Positions 28,857 to 38,141 of a stretch of DNA of 64,000 nt are shown here, in pieces (within the stretch, counting starts at the first letter, position 1; each line of letters opens with the position of its first letter). The stretch is from an uncultured Gammaproteobacteria bacterium (GTDB lineage: Bacteria > Pseudomonadota > Gammaproteobacteria > Pseudomonadales > Halieaceae), in assembly GCA_963700715.1 (NCBI GenBank), contig CAVOYP010000011.1:8349-72348 (forward strand). The letters are read 5' to 3'. The notes beneath the pieces were generated by a model. That model was not told where the DNA came from. It saw nothing but the letters and a program-made list of their open reading frames with translations, and searched no databases. The position numbers and the translations under genes were made by a program.

Positions 28857-29052
28857 GCCATTGCCCCGTCGTTATTCACCCTGCCTGTCTCCGGCAATTG
28901 CTTCAAACTCAGTCTTGCGCAGGAAAAAACCGTGCGCAACCAGAAATGTCGGAAAAGAGTAATTCGACGCGCGGCCCGCAGGGATGCCGCCGTCCACCGG
29001 AACCGGCAATGGCAAAACGGGTCGGGGAGCTGCGCGATTCTACTTCCCCGAC

Positions 29053-29514
29053 CTATGCGGAATGTCCCTGGTGCAAGATGGCCGGCCCGTAACCCGCCAG
29101 GAATTCCGGTGGCATTCGCCGCGGCCGGCCGCTGCTCAGCTCGATACAGGCGAAGCGCATGCCCGCCCGCAACAGGGTGGCGCCGTCCCCAAGGCGAATC
29201 ACCTGGAAGCGGCGCTGCATGGTCAGCCTGCGGTCGGAGCTGATGATCCAGGTGCCTGCCACCACCTCATCCCCTTCCCGCGAGGCCTGCAGGTAATCGT
29301 ATTCGCTGTGGGTAATGACCATCGCCCGGTCCAGCGCCCGGTAGCTCTCCAGGTCCAGGCCCAGGCTGACCGAGTGCGCCCAGGCGACCTGCTCGCACCA
29401 CTTCACGTACACCGTGTTGTTGGTGTGCCTGAGTCCGTCGATATCTTCCGGCTGCACCCGGGTGTAAACGGTGTGGGGGTCGGGGAAATCCCAGAGCGCG
29501 GCAAGGTCGATCAC
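29053..29514 (-). CDS. Acyl-CoA thioesterase, hotdog fold (4HBT/YbgC-like)
   Basis: VYTRVQPEDIDGLRHTNNTVYVKWCEQVAW...ITHSEYDYLQASREGDEV. I prefer the GTG at 29514, preceded by AGGGAAGG; the track ORF extends to 29652. Confidence 0.65.
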   Translation of the reverse strand: MIDLAALWDFPDPHTVYTRVQPEDIDGLRHTNNTVYVKWCEQVAWAHSVSLGLDLESYRALDRAMVITHSEYDYLQASREGDEVVAGTWIISSDRRLTMQRRFQVIRLGDGATLLRAGMRFACIELSSGRPRRMPPEFLAGYGPAILHQGHSA

Positions 29515-29739
29515 GCTACCTTCCCTGTAGTCGCCGGCAGTTGCGCGGGCCTCACGGCCGCTGCGTGTCCATGGGCTGGTGGATTGTGGCTCAAGCAGGC
29601 GTGCTCCCTTTAGTGGCTGGTCAGAATGCCGCAAAAGCCCGGGAGCGTACATAGCCTGCCCGAGAGGCCCCGCGGATACTTACTCCGCCGCGCTGATGAC
29701 GTAACATAGGCCCGGAATCTCCAGGTCGGGTCTACCGGC

Positions 29740-30654
29740 ATGATCGAGGCTATGCAGGTAAACCTGAACAGGGAGCGCAGGGCGCTGTATTACGGGCTCA
29801 GCGCGGTGCTGCTGTGGTCCACGGTGGCCACGGCGTTCAAGCTGGCGCTGCGCGAGCTGGACGTGTGGCAGCTGGTGGCCTGGTCGGTGTGCTTTTCCTG
29901 CCTGGCCCTGTTCGCGATCCTGTGGTGGCAGGGGCGCCTGGCGCTGTTGCCCCGGTATGCCCGTGAAACCCCGGTTTACTTCCTGCTGATGGGCCTGGTG
30001 AACCCGGTGGCCTATTACCTGGTGTTGTTGCGGGCCTACGAGTTGCTGCCGGCGCAGCAGGCGCAGGCGATCAACTATACCTGGGCGATTACCCTGGCGC
30101 TGCTGGCGGTACCGCTGCTGGGCCACCGGCTGAACCGGCGCGATGCGCTTGCCCTGTTGCTGGGTTACGGCGGGGTGCTGGTGATCGCCACCCGCGGCCA
30201 GGTCCTGCAGCTGGAGTTTGACAGTCTCGAAGGGGTCGCCCTGGCGCTGCTGAGCACCCTGGTCTGGGCAACGTACTGGCTGGTGTCTACCCGCAACCAG
30301 CGCGATCCCGTCGCCTGCCTGTGCCTCAACTTCGCGGTGGCGGCCCCAATAGCGCTGGCCCTGTGCGCGCTGTTCTCGAGCCTCGCAGTTCCCGGTTGGC
30401 GCGCCCTGGCGGGCGCCGCCTATGTCGGCCTGTTTGAAATGGGGCTGACCTTCGCCCTGTGGTCCACCGCGCTGCGCCTGTCCAGCGGCGTGTCCCGCAT
30501 CGGCAACCTGATCTTCCTGTCGCCCCTGGTCTCGCTGGTGTTTATCGCCACGATCCTGGGGGAGCCAATCCATCCCGCCACCCTGGTGGGCCTGGCGCTG
30601 ATCATTCCCGCGGTACTGTTGCAGCAGCGCGGCAATCCCACTCCCCCGGTATAG
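29740..30654 (+). CDS. DMT superfamily (EamA-like) transporter
   Basis: About 10 TM helices in two EamA-type repeats (LYYGLSAVLLWSTVATAFKLAL...). Confidence 0.8.
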   Translation: MIEAMQVNLNRERRALYYGLSAVLLWSTVATAFKLALRELDVWQLVAWSVCFSCLALFAILWWQGRLALLPRYARETPVYFLLMGLVNPVAYYLVLLRAYELLPAQQAQAINYTWAITLALLAVPLLGHRLNRRDALALLLGYGGVLVIATRGQVLQLEFDSLEGVALALLSTLVWATYWLVSTRNQRDPVACLCLNFAVAAPIALALCALFSSLAVPGWRALAGAAYVGLFEMGLTFALWSTALRLSSGVSRIGNLIFLSPLVSLVFIATILGEPIHPATLVGLALIIPAVLLQQRGNPTPPV

Positions 30655-30662
30655 GTTCGCAC

Positions 30663-32384
30663 ATGGAACCGAGCGCCGGCAGGGAACTGCCACCGCATTA
30701 CTACCGGGATAACTTCCTGGCCCTGTGCGCCACGGTGGAAGCGCAGTATGCCGACCTGCTGGCGCCCGGCGAGCAGCTGTTCCTGCAGTGCTTTCGCGAT
30801 CTGCCCTTCGCCGCGCAGTGCCTGTATGTGCGGCTGGTGTCCCGGGTGGGGCCCTGGTTCCGGGAGAGCAGGCTGGCCTACCCCGAGCTGGGCGCGATCG
30901 CGCCCCTGGTCGACAGCCTGCTCGACGCCGGCCTGGCCCGGCCTGCCGGGGCCCTGCCTGTGGCGGACCTGGGCGCCATGTATACCCGGCCGGAACTGCT
31001 GCGGGCCTTCGGGCCGCTGCCGGGGTCGGCGCCGCAGGGAAAGGCCGCTCTGCTCACGGCCATCGAGTCGCTGGCCCTGGATGAGGGCGAGCTGCTGGCG
31101 CGCCTGGCCGCGATGGACGGCGCGCGCATCATCGCGCCCTGCGGTGCGCGGGAAGTGGAGGTGTTGCAGCTGCTGTTTTTCGGCAATCGGCGCCAGGGCC
31201 TCACCGACTTCGTGCTCAGCGAGCTGGGCGTTGCCCGCTACTATCCCTACCCTCTCGACCGCCGCTATCGCCTGTTCCCGCAGCGGGAGGCGGTGGAGGA
31301 ATACCTCGCCCTGGCGGCGCTCAGTGACGGCTGGTACGAACTGCGCGAGAGCCCGGAGCCGACCGCGCTGCCGGCGCTCGCGGCGGGCCTGTTGTCGCTG
31401 GAAGTGCGTTTTGCCTCCAGCGAGGGGCGCTGGTACCGGGTGTGCAACGGGCTGGGTCGCGACCTCGAACGCCTTGGCGAGCTCGACCTGGCGGCGCAGT
31501 TGTATGGGCTCAGCCGCCGTCACCCGGCCCGCGAGCGGCGGCTGCGGCTCATGGAGCGCCAGCAGGACTGGGCCGGCGCGGCGCAGCTGTGCGCGCAGAT
31601 ACTGGCAGAACCCTGGTGCGAGGAAGAGCGCGACGCGGCGCAGCGGGTGCTGCCCCGCGTGCTGCGCCGCCTGGGTGAAAAGCCGCCGCCGCGGCGCCGG
31701 GATGACTTCACCCGCCTGTCACTCGCCATCCCCCGGGAGGAGGCGCCGGTGGAGTTGCTGGCGGCGCGCGCGCTGTTGTCCCGCTGGCCGGCGGTGCACT
31801 ACGTCGAGAATACGCTGATGAACGCCCTGTTCGGGCTGGCCTTCTGGGAGCAGATTTTCTCTCCCGTCGCCGGCGCGTTCCACAACCCGTTCCAGAGCGC
31901 CCCCGCTGACATGTTCAGCCCCGCCTTCCGGGAGCGTCGCCGCGACGCCATCGCCGCGCGGCTGGCGGCGCTGCGCGGGGCGGACATCGGCCGCGAGTTA
32001 CGGGATGCCTGCAAACGCTACGCCTCATTCCAGTGCCGCTGGGTCGACTGGCGCCGGCTGGACCAGGCCCTGCTGGTGGCGGCGACACGGATTATCCCCG
32101 GTGCACACCTGTTGGCGGTGTGGGAGCGCATGCTGTTCGATCCGGGGGAAAATCGCCGCGGCTTTCCCGACCTGGTGGCGCTGGGGGATACGCCGGGCGA
32201 TTACTGCCTGATCGAGGTGAAGGGGCCGGGAGACGCGCTGCAGGACAGCCAGAAGCGCTGGCTGCGCTTCTTCGAGAAAGAGGGCATACCGGCGGCGGTT
32301 GCCTGGGTCTCCTGGGAGGAAGCGGGGGAAGAGATGCAGGAAGCGGCCCGGGATGCTCGTGCGGGCGCCGCCGGCGATGCTTGA
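30663..32384 (+). CDS. FAN1-like nuclease with C-terminal VRR-NUC domain
   Basis: N-terminus YYRDNFLALCATVEAQYADLL...CLYVRLVSRVGPWFR. C-terminus GFPDLVALGDTPGDYCLIEVKGPGDALQDSQKRWL (PD...ExK of VRR-NUC). Start at ATG 30663, 8 nt after the DMT stop. Confidence 0.75.
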   Translation: MEPSAGRELPPHYYRDNFLALCATVEAQYADLLAPGEQLFLQCFRDLPFAAQCLYVRLVSRVGPWFRESRLAYPELGAIAPLVDSLLDAGLARPAGALPVADLGAMYTRPELLRAFGPLPGSAPQGKAALLTAIESLALDEGELLARLAAMDGARIIAPCGAREVEVLQLLFFGNRRQGLTDFVLSELGVARYYPYPLDRRYRLFPQREAVEEYLALAALSDGWYELRESPEPTALPALAAGLLSLEVRFASSEGRWYRVCNGLGRDLERLGELDLAAQLYGLSRRHPARERRLRLMERQQDWAGAAQLCAQILAEPWCEEERDAAQRVLPRVLRRLGEKPPPRRRDDFTRLSLAIPREEAPVELLAARALLSRWPAVHYVENTLMNALFGLAFWEQIFSPVAGAFHNPFQSAPADMFSPAFRERRRDAIAARLAALRGADIGRELRDACKRYASFQCRWVDWRRLDQALLVAATRIIPGAHLLAVWERMLFDPGENRRGFPDLVALGDTPGDYCLIEVKGPGDALQDSQKRWLRFFEKEGIPAAVAWVSWEEAGEEMQEAARDARAGAAGDA

Positions 32385-34725
32385 GCTTGCCGTGAGTGTG
32401 GGCGAACTGGTGGCCTTCTGCCATCGCGCCGGCGATATCGACCACCGCTTCCGGCCATCGCCCACGGGCGAACAGGGTGTGGCGGGGCACCAGCTGGTGT
32501 ACCGGCGCCGGGGCGCGGGCTACCGCAGCGAATACCCGGTGGAGTACTGCCACCGGGAGGGTGAGGTATGCCTGCGCCTGCGGGGCCGGGCCGATGGCTA
32601 CGATGCCGGCGCCGGCCTGGTGGAGGAGATCAAGACCTGCCGTATCAGGCCCGCGCTGATTCCCGCCAGCGTGAGCCGCACGCACCTCGCCCAGGCCCGG
32701 ATCTACGCCGCCCTGATCGCGATCGAGCAGGACCTGGCGCAGCTGGAGGTGCGACTCACCTGGCTCAATATCGACAGCGGCGAGGAAACGCCCCTGTCAC
32801 AGACCTACTCCCGGGCCGAACTCGAGGCCTTCCTGGGGGCCTCGCTGGCGAATTTTTCCGGCTGGCTGGCCACCCTGGCCGGGCTGCGCCGGCAGCGGGA
32901 CCTGGGTCTGGGTGCGCTGGCGTTTCCCCACGGGGAGTTTCGCCGCGGCCAGCGCGAAATCGCCGAGCTGGTTTACAAGTGCATCGACCAGGGAGGTGAA
33001 CTGCTGCTGGAAGCCCCCACCGGTATCGGCAAGACCGCGGCGGTGCTCTACCCGGCGCTGAAGGCCCTGGCCACCGGCAAGCACGATCGCATCGCCTACA
33101 TCACCGCCAAGACCGTGGGGCGTCGCACCGCCGAGGAGACCCTCGAGACCTTCCGCCAGGCGGGCCTGGACACTACCGCCCTCAGCCTGACCGCAAAGGA
33201 GCGCATCTGCTTTTCACCCGGCAAGGCCTGCCACGCCGAGGACTGCCGCTACGCCCTGGGCTACTACGACCGCCTGCCCCGCGCACTGGCGGCGGCGATC
33301 CACTCCCGGGCCCTGCGCCAGGCCGACATCGAGGCGCTGGCCCGCCAGTTCGAGGTATGTCCCTACCAACTGGCGCTGGACCTGTTGCCCTGGGTCGACC
33401 TGGTGATTGCCGACCTGCACTATGTGTACAGCCTCACCGCCACCCTGGGCAACCAGATGCAACAGGACGGCCGGCGCTGGACCGTGCTATTGGATGAGGC
33501 CCACAACCTGCCGGAGCGGGCCCGGCGCATGTACCGGGCGAGCCTGGCCAAGGCCGACCTGATGGCGGTGCGCAGGCGGCCCGCGCCGGGCCTGGGCGCC
33601 GCGCTGGATCGCATCAATCGCGCGCTGCTGGCGCTGCAGCGGCAGCAGTGGCGGGAACCGGATTACGACAGCCGGCCGGACATCCCGGGGGATCTGCGGC
33701 AGGCGCTGGAGGATTTCGTCGCCCGCGCCGGGGAGCTGACGGCGCAGGATCCGGCGGCGCTGCATCGCCACAGCGCGTTGCTGGACTTTTACTTCGGGGT
33801 GCTGCAATTCCTGCGGCTGGCGGACAACTGGGGTGAGGAGTTTCGCTTTGAGCTCAGCCGGGGCGAGGGCCGCCAGGGCCTGAAGGTGACCCTCAACTGC
33901 CTCGATCCCGCCCGCCTGTTGGGGGAACGCCAGGCCCGGCTGCATTCGCTGACGGCGTTCTCCGCCACCCTGTCGCCCCCGGACTGGACCCGCCAGGCCC
34001 TGGGCCTGGCCGCGGAGGCGGTGTTCCGGCGGGAAGCCTCGCCCTTCGACCAGGGCCAGCTGGAAGTTTTCCTGGCGACCGGGGTGGATACCCGTTACAG
34101 CCGCCGCCAGCAGTCCCTGCCGGAGCTGGCCGCAATCCTTATGGCCTGGCTGCGGCGGGAGAGCGGCAACTGCATCGTTTACTTTCCGTCCTACCGCTAC
34201 CTGCAGGATTGCATGGGGCAGCTGCGCGCCCTGGGGCTGGAGCAATTGCGCTCCTGCCTCTGGGTGCAGCAGCGGGAGCAGGCGGACGCGGATCGCGACA
34301 GCCTGCTCACGCTGCTGGAAGAGCGCCGCGATGTGGCCGCCTTTTGCATCCTCGGGGGCATCTTCGGCGAGGGCATCGACCTGCCGGGTGAACGTCTCAC
34401 CAGCGTGGTGATCGTCGGGGTGGGGCTGCCCCAGTTCAATCGCGAGACCGAGCAACTGCGCGCATGGTTCCAACAGCAGTATGGCGCGGGCTTCGAATAC
34501 GCCTACCTCTATCCCGGCATGCAGAAGGTGGACCAGGCCCTGGGCCGGGTCATCCGCGGCAGCGGCGACCGGGGCCGGGCCCTGCTGGTGGACAGCCGCT
34601 ACGGCGAGCGCCAGTACCGGGACCTGTTGCCGCCCTGGTGGCGTTACCAGCCCTGGCCCGGGGCTCCTAGCGGTTCTGGAAGCGGTAGCCGGGCTTGGCG
34701 AAGGCCAGTTGCACCGTGCCGATGA
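32377..34725 (+). CDS. XPD/DinG-family (Rad3-like) ATP-dependent DNA helicase with an N-terminal PD-(D/E)XK-like domain and a 4-Cys Fe-S motif
   Basis: Walker A (EAPTGIGKT), DEAH-type box (LLDEAHNL) and four Cys (ICF, KAC, EDC, EVCPY) between motifs I and II. The N-terminal ~190 aa contain GRADGYD...VEEIKT. The start overlaps the upstream stop (ATGCTTGA). Confidence 0.75.
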   Translation: MLELAVSVGELVAFCHRAGDIDHRFRPSPTGEQGVAGHQLVYRRRGAGYRSEYPVEYCHREGEVCLRLRGRADGYDAGAGLVEEIKTCRIRPALIPASVSRTHLAQARIYAALIAIEQDLAQLEVRLTWLNIDSGEETPLSQTYSRAELEAFLGASLANFSGWLATLAGLRRQRDLGLGALAFPHGEFRRGQREIAELVYKCIDQGGELLLEAPTGIGKTAAVLYPALKALATGKHDRIAYITAKTVGRRTAEETLETFRQAGLDTTALSLTAKERICFSPGKACHAEDCRYALGYYDRLPRALAAAIHSRALRQADIEALARQFEVCPYQLALDLLPWVDLVIADLHYVYSLTATLGNQMQQDGRRWTVLLDEAHNLPERARRMYRASLAKADLMAVRRRPAPGLGAALDRINRALLALQRQQWREPDYDSRPDIPGDLRQALEDFVARAGELTAQDPAALHRHSALLDFYFGVLQFLRLADNWGEEFRFELSRGEGRQGLKVTLNCLDPARLLGERQARLHSLTAFSATLSPPDWTRQALGLAAEAVFRREASPFDQGQLEVFLATGVDTRYSRRQQSLPELAAILMAWLRRESGNCIVYFPSYRYLQDCMGQLRALGLEQLRSCLWVQQREQADADRDSLLTLLEERRDVAAFCILGGIFGEGIDLPGERLTSVVIVGVGLPQFNRETEQLRAWFQQQYGAGFEYAYLYPGMQKVDQALGRVIRGSGDRGRALLVDSRYGERQYRDLLPPWWRYQPWPGAPSGSGSGSRAWRRPVAPCR

Positions 34726-35941
34726 TGCGCTCGCGGAAACCGCCCTCGCAGTAGGCGAGGTAGAACTCCCACATGCGGACGAAGGTCTGGTCGAATCCCA
34801 GCTGCCGGACAGCGGCCTGGGCCGCCAGGAATCGCTCCCGCCAGTGAGCCAGGGTTAGGGCGTAATCCCGGGTGATATCACGCAGGTGGACCATTTGCAT
34901 ATCGGTGTCCCGGGCCAGGTGGTCGGCGATCACCGCCACCGAGGGCAGGCTGCCGCCGGGAAAGATGTAGCGCTGGATAAAGTCCACCGACTTGTGCGCC
35001 GCCTCGTAGCGCTGGTCGGCTATGGTGATCGCCTGGATCACCATCTTCCCGTTCGGCTTGAGCAGCTGGCTGCAGCGGCTGAAATAGCTGCTGTAGAAGT
35101 CGTGGCCGACCGCCTCGATCATTTCCACTGAAACCAGCTTGTCGAAGCTGCCCTCCAGCTTGCGATAGTCCTCGCACAGCACGGTGACCCGATCCTCCAG
35201 GCCGGCGGCGCGCACCCGGGCGCGGGCGTACTCGTACTGCTCCTTCGAGATCGTGGTGGTGGTGACTCTACAGCCATAGTTGCTGGCGGCATGGATCGCC
35301 AGGCCGCCCCAGCCGGTGCCGATCTCCAGCAGGTGGTCGCCGCTGCCCAACTCCAGTTGCCGGCAGAGCTCGTCCAGCTTCGCCACGGAGGCCTCGTCGA
35401 GCCCCGTGCGGTCGGTCTCGAACAGGGCGGCCGAATACATCATCGTGGGGTCGAGGAACAGGCGAAAGAAATCATTGCCCAGGTCGTAATGGGCCGAGAT
35501 GTTCTTGCGCGACCCGCTGTGGGTATTGCGCTTGAGCGCGTGGGAAAGCTTCAGTCCCAGGCGAACCAGCCAGGATTGCCGGGCTTCAAGCATCTCCAGG
35601 GTGGGCAGGTTGGCGCTGAACAGTCGCATCACCGCCACCAGGTTGGGGGAGGTCCACAGTCCCTGCATATAAGCCTCGCCGCTGGCAATACTGCCCCCGG
35701 AGAGCATCATCCGGTAGAGGCCGCGGTCGTGCACGTGCACTTCCGCGTGCGGTTGCGCCGGGTCGCCGGTGGTGCCGAAGTGGAAGGCCTCGCCGCCATC
35801 GTGGATGACCAGGCTGCCAAACTGAATATTGGCCAAAAGCCGCAGGCAGACGCGCCGTGCAAGTGTCTGGAGGGTGGGAAGCCGGTTGTCTTCCCTGGGC
35901 AGGCTGAGGCTGCTGGCAGTAAGTTCACTGGAATTGCTCAT
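34667..35941 (-). CDS. Cyclopropane-fatty-acyl-phospholipid synthase family SAM-methyltransferase
   Basis: HYDLGNDFFRLFLDPTMMYSAALF...LLEIGTGWGGLAIHAA...LKPNGKMVIQAIT...FPGGSLPS. Confidence 0.85.
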   Translation of the reverse strand: MSNSSELTASSLSLPREDNRLPTLQTLARRVCLRLLANIQFGSLVIHDGGEAFHFGTTGDPAQPHAEVHVHDRGLYRMMLSGGSIASGEAYMQGLWTSPNLVAVMRLFSANLPTLEMLEARQSWLVRLGLKLSHALKRNTHSGSRKNISAHYDLGNDFFRLFLDPTMMYSAALFETDRTGLDEASVAKLDELCRQLELGSGDHLLEIGTGWGGLAIHAASNYGCRVTTTTISKEQYEYARARVRAAGLEDRVTVLCEDYRKLEGSFDKLVSVEMIEAVGHDFYSSYFSRCSQLLKPNGKMVIQAITIADQRYEAAHKSVDFIQRYIFPGGSLPSVAVIADHLARDTDMQMVHLRDITRDYALTLAHWRERFLAAQAAVRQLGFDQTFVRMWEFYLAYCEGGFRERIIGTVQLAFAKPGYRFQNR

Positions 35942-35942
35942 G

Positions 35943-36698
35943 TCAGGCTCCGGAGGGTTTGCTGGTTGGGTGAGGATAAAACGGTGCGCCTTTTATGAAC
36001 AGGCGCAGGGCTTGCCAGTAAATGGCGAGGGCTATCCGGGCGGTCATCAGCGGGTAGCGCCAGAGGGTGCGGTTGAGGTTGCTCGAGGTCATTTCCCGGG
36101 CGGACAGGGACAGGCTCGCGTCAAATACCTTGTCGCCCCCCTCGCTGTTGGCCAGGTGCAGCACCAGGCGCTGGTCCGGGGTGCTGCTGCGCCAGTGGTA
36201 GCGCATCGCCATGGGGTTGAAGGGCGATACGTGGAACTGCTTGTCGAATTCGGTGCGCAGCCAGCGGCCCTGGCCGGGCCCGGGCAGCACGTAGCTGTGG
36301 CGTTCATTCCACGGGGTGTTGTTGACCTCCGCCACCAGGTATTCCAGGCGGGATTCGTCCTCGCTGAAGCAGTAGTAGCAGGCGATGGGGTTCATAATGA
36401 TGCCGAAGTAGCGCAGGTTCGCCAGCAGGTAGATGGGGCCGCGATGAGTCTCGCCGGTTTCCTCCAGGATCCGTCGCCGCACCTCCTGCTGTAGCGGCAG
36501 GCGGGGGTCACCGAGGAAATCGCTGCGCCTGAATTGGGCCGGCGCCCAGCCCCGGGCCGACCACAGCAGGTTGCGATCGAACAGCCCCGGCAGCTCGTCC
36601 AGGCAGATGTAGGGCATGAACACCCGGTAGCTGAACTCATGTGACCGCGGGTGCAGGCGTCGGTGCCTGACTACGCCCTCGTACAGCCTGGATCTCAC
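35943..36698 (-). CDS. DUF1365 domain protein
   Basis: SRLYEGVVRHRRLHPRSHEFSYRVFMPYICLDEL is the DUF1365 signature. The GTG at 36698 overlaps the upstream stop (GTGA). Confidence 0.75.
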   Translation of the reverse strand: MRSRLYEGVVRHRRLHPRSHEFSYRVFMPYICLDELPGLFDRNLLWSARGWAPAQFRRSDFLGDPRLPLQQEVRRRILEETGETHRGPIYLLANLRYFGIIMNPIACYYCFSEDESRLEYLVAEVNNTPWNERHSYVLPGPGQGRWLRTEFDKQFHVSPFNPMAMRYHWRSSTPDQRLVLHLANSEGGDKVFDASLSLSAREMTSSNLNRTLWRYPLMTARIALAIYWQALRLFIKGAPFYPHPTSKPSGA

Positions 36699-37969
36699 GC
36701 AGCGGCCCGTTTCTGCTGGCCCAGGGCGTTGGCGACCCGCAGGGCGCTCACCACCCCGTCCTCGTGAAAGCCGTTGTGCCAATAGGCGCCGCAGAACCAG
36801 GTATTGCGCTGGCCGTTGATCTCTCCCCAGCGCTGCTGGGCGGCGATGCCGGCGATGGAAAAGACCGGGTGGTCATAGCTGAACCGCCCCAGGATTTTCA
36901 CCGGGTTGATAGCGGCGCTGTTGTTGAGTGTCACGCAAAACGTCTCCGGCGCGCTTATACCCTGCAGTATGTTCATGTTGTAAGTTACCACCGCGCGCTC
37001 CTGACCGCCGCCCAGGGAGTAATTCCAGCTGGACCAGGTCTTGCGGTTGCGCGGCAGCAGGCGGGTGTCAGTATGCAGCACCACGTCGTTGGATTGGTAG
37101 GGCAGGGCGCCGAGCACGTCACGCTCCGCCGGGCTGGGCTCGTCCAGCAGCGCCAGGGCCTGGTCGGAATGGGTGGCCAGCACCACCTGGTCAAAGGGCA
37201 GCCTGCGGCCGTCCGCCATCGCGAGCACCACCTGGCCAGGGGCCCGCAGCACCCGCGTCACGGCGCAGCCGGTGAATATACGCTGGGCGAAGCGCTGGCA
37301 CAGGGGGCGCAGGTACTCCCTGGAGCCCCCCTCGATGACCCGCCACTGGGGGCGGTCCTGCACTGACAGCAGGCCGTGATTGCGAAAGAAGCGCAGGAAA
37401 AAGCTCAGCGGGAAGTCGAGGATGGTGGCGCAATCGGCTGACCAGATGGCTGAGCCCATGGCGGTGAGGTACTGCCGCGAGAATGCCTCGCCGTAGCGGT
37501 TGCGCTCCAGGTATTCCCCCAGGGTCTGGCTGTCGCTGACCCGGCCGGCGTCCAGGTCGGCCACCGACTCTTTGTTGAACCGCAGGATATCCCGCACCAT
37601 GGAGATAAAGCGCCAGGACAGCAGGTTGCCACGCTGGGCGAACAGGGTGTCGAGGTTGGTGCCGGAGTACTCCAGCCCGCTGCGCTCATCGCGCACGCTG
37701 AAACCCATGGACGTGGCTTTGCTGCTGACGCCCAGGCTGTCCATCAGGGCGATGAAATTGGGGTAGGTCCAGTCGTTGAACACGATAAAACCGGTGTCGA
37801 TGGCATAGCGACGGGTGCCAAGCTTCACATCCACCGTGGCGGTGTGACCGCCGACCTGCCGGCCCGCCTCAAACACCGATACCTCGTGGGAGGTGCTCAG
37901 GTAGTGGGCACAGCTGAGGCCCGAGATGCCCGATCCAATAACAGCAATTCGCACTATGCCGGTCTCCAT
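36695..37969 (-). CDS. FAD-dependent oxidoreductase (amine-oxidase/desaturase-like)
   Basis: METGIVRIAVIGSGISGLSCAHYL...VFEAGRQVGGHT has the Rossmann GxGxxG. 424 aa from ATG 37969. Confidence 0.8.
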   Translation of the reverse strand: METGIVRIAVIGSGISGLSCAHYLSTSHEVSVFEAGRQVGGHTATVDVKLGTRRYAIDTGFIVFNDWTYPNFIALMDSLGVSSKATSMGFSVRDERSGLEYSGTNLDTLFAQRGNLLSWRFISMVRDILRFNKESVADLDAGRVSDSQTLGEYLERNRYGEAFSRQYLTAMGSAIWSADCATILDFPLSFFLRFFRNHGLLSVQDRPQWRVIEGGSREYLRPLCQRFAQRIFTGCAVTRVLRAPGQVVLAMADGRRLPFDQVVLATHSDQALALLDEPSPAERDVLGALPYQSNDVVLHTDTRLLPRNRKTWSSWNYSLGGGQERAVVTYNMNILQGISAPETFCVTLNNSAAINPVKILGRFSYDHPVFSIAGIAAQQRWGEINGQRNTWFCGAYWHNGFHEDGVVSALRVANALGQQKRAAA

Positions 37970-38024
37970 GGCAAAATGGCACGGGCCGCGGCAAGCGCGG
38001 CCAGCCTGGGTGATAGTTACCGAT

Positions 38025-38052
38025 TTTACGATCAAAGCCCCGGATCGGATCT
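38025..38052 (-). promoter_or_regulatory. Candidate ECF (ChrR-regulated sigma) promoter for the oxidoreductase-DUF1365-CFA operon
   Basis: The minus strand reads AGATCC-N16-CGTAAA, the same architecture as the divergent promoter at 38078-38105. Confidence 0.5.
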
Positions 38053-38077
38053 TTTTGGAGTTTATTCGAAAACCGGG

Positions 38078-38105
38078 TGATCCGCCCCCTCCTGGGAGGC
38101 GTATA
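38078..38105 (+). promoter_or_regulatory. Candidate autoregulated ECF promoter for the sigma-chrR operon
   Basis: TGATCC-N16-CGTATA, about 35 nt upstream of the proposed GTG start. The TGATCC -35 matches what I recall for RpoE-ChrR type promoters. Confidence 0.5.
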
Positions 38106-38141
38106 CCCCTTCCAACCACCCAAGACGAGAGCAAAGCGCAC

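Noticed and set aside
30663-34725. Reading the nuclease-helicase pair as an anti-phage defence system.
   Set aside because: The pair sits among core genes and follows a DMT transporter gene by only 8 nt. It has no neighbouring defence or mobile genes, and as I recall it matches a conserved chromosomal pair in Pseudomonas. A DNA-repair role is more parsimonious. It is kept as a finding but not called defence.
37977-37992. TGGCAC near the oxidoreductase start, considered as a sigma54 promoter.
   Set aside because: The downstream spacing gives no GC/TTGC -12 element (TGGCACGGGCCGCGG). The site also sits at or downstream of the start codon region.
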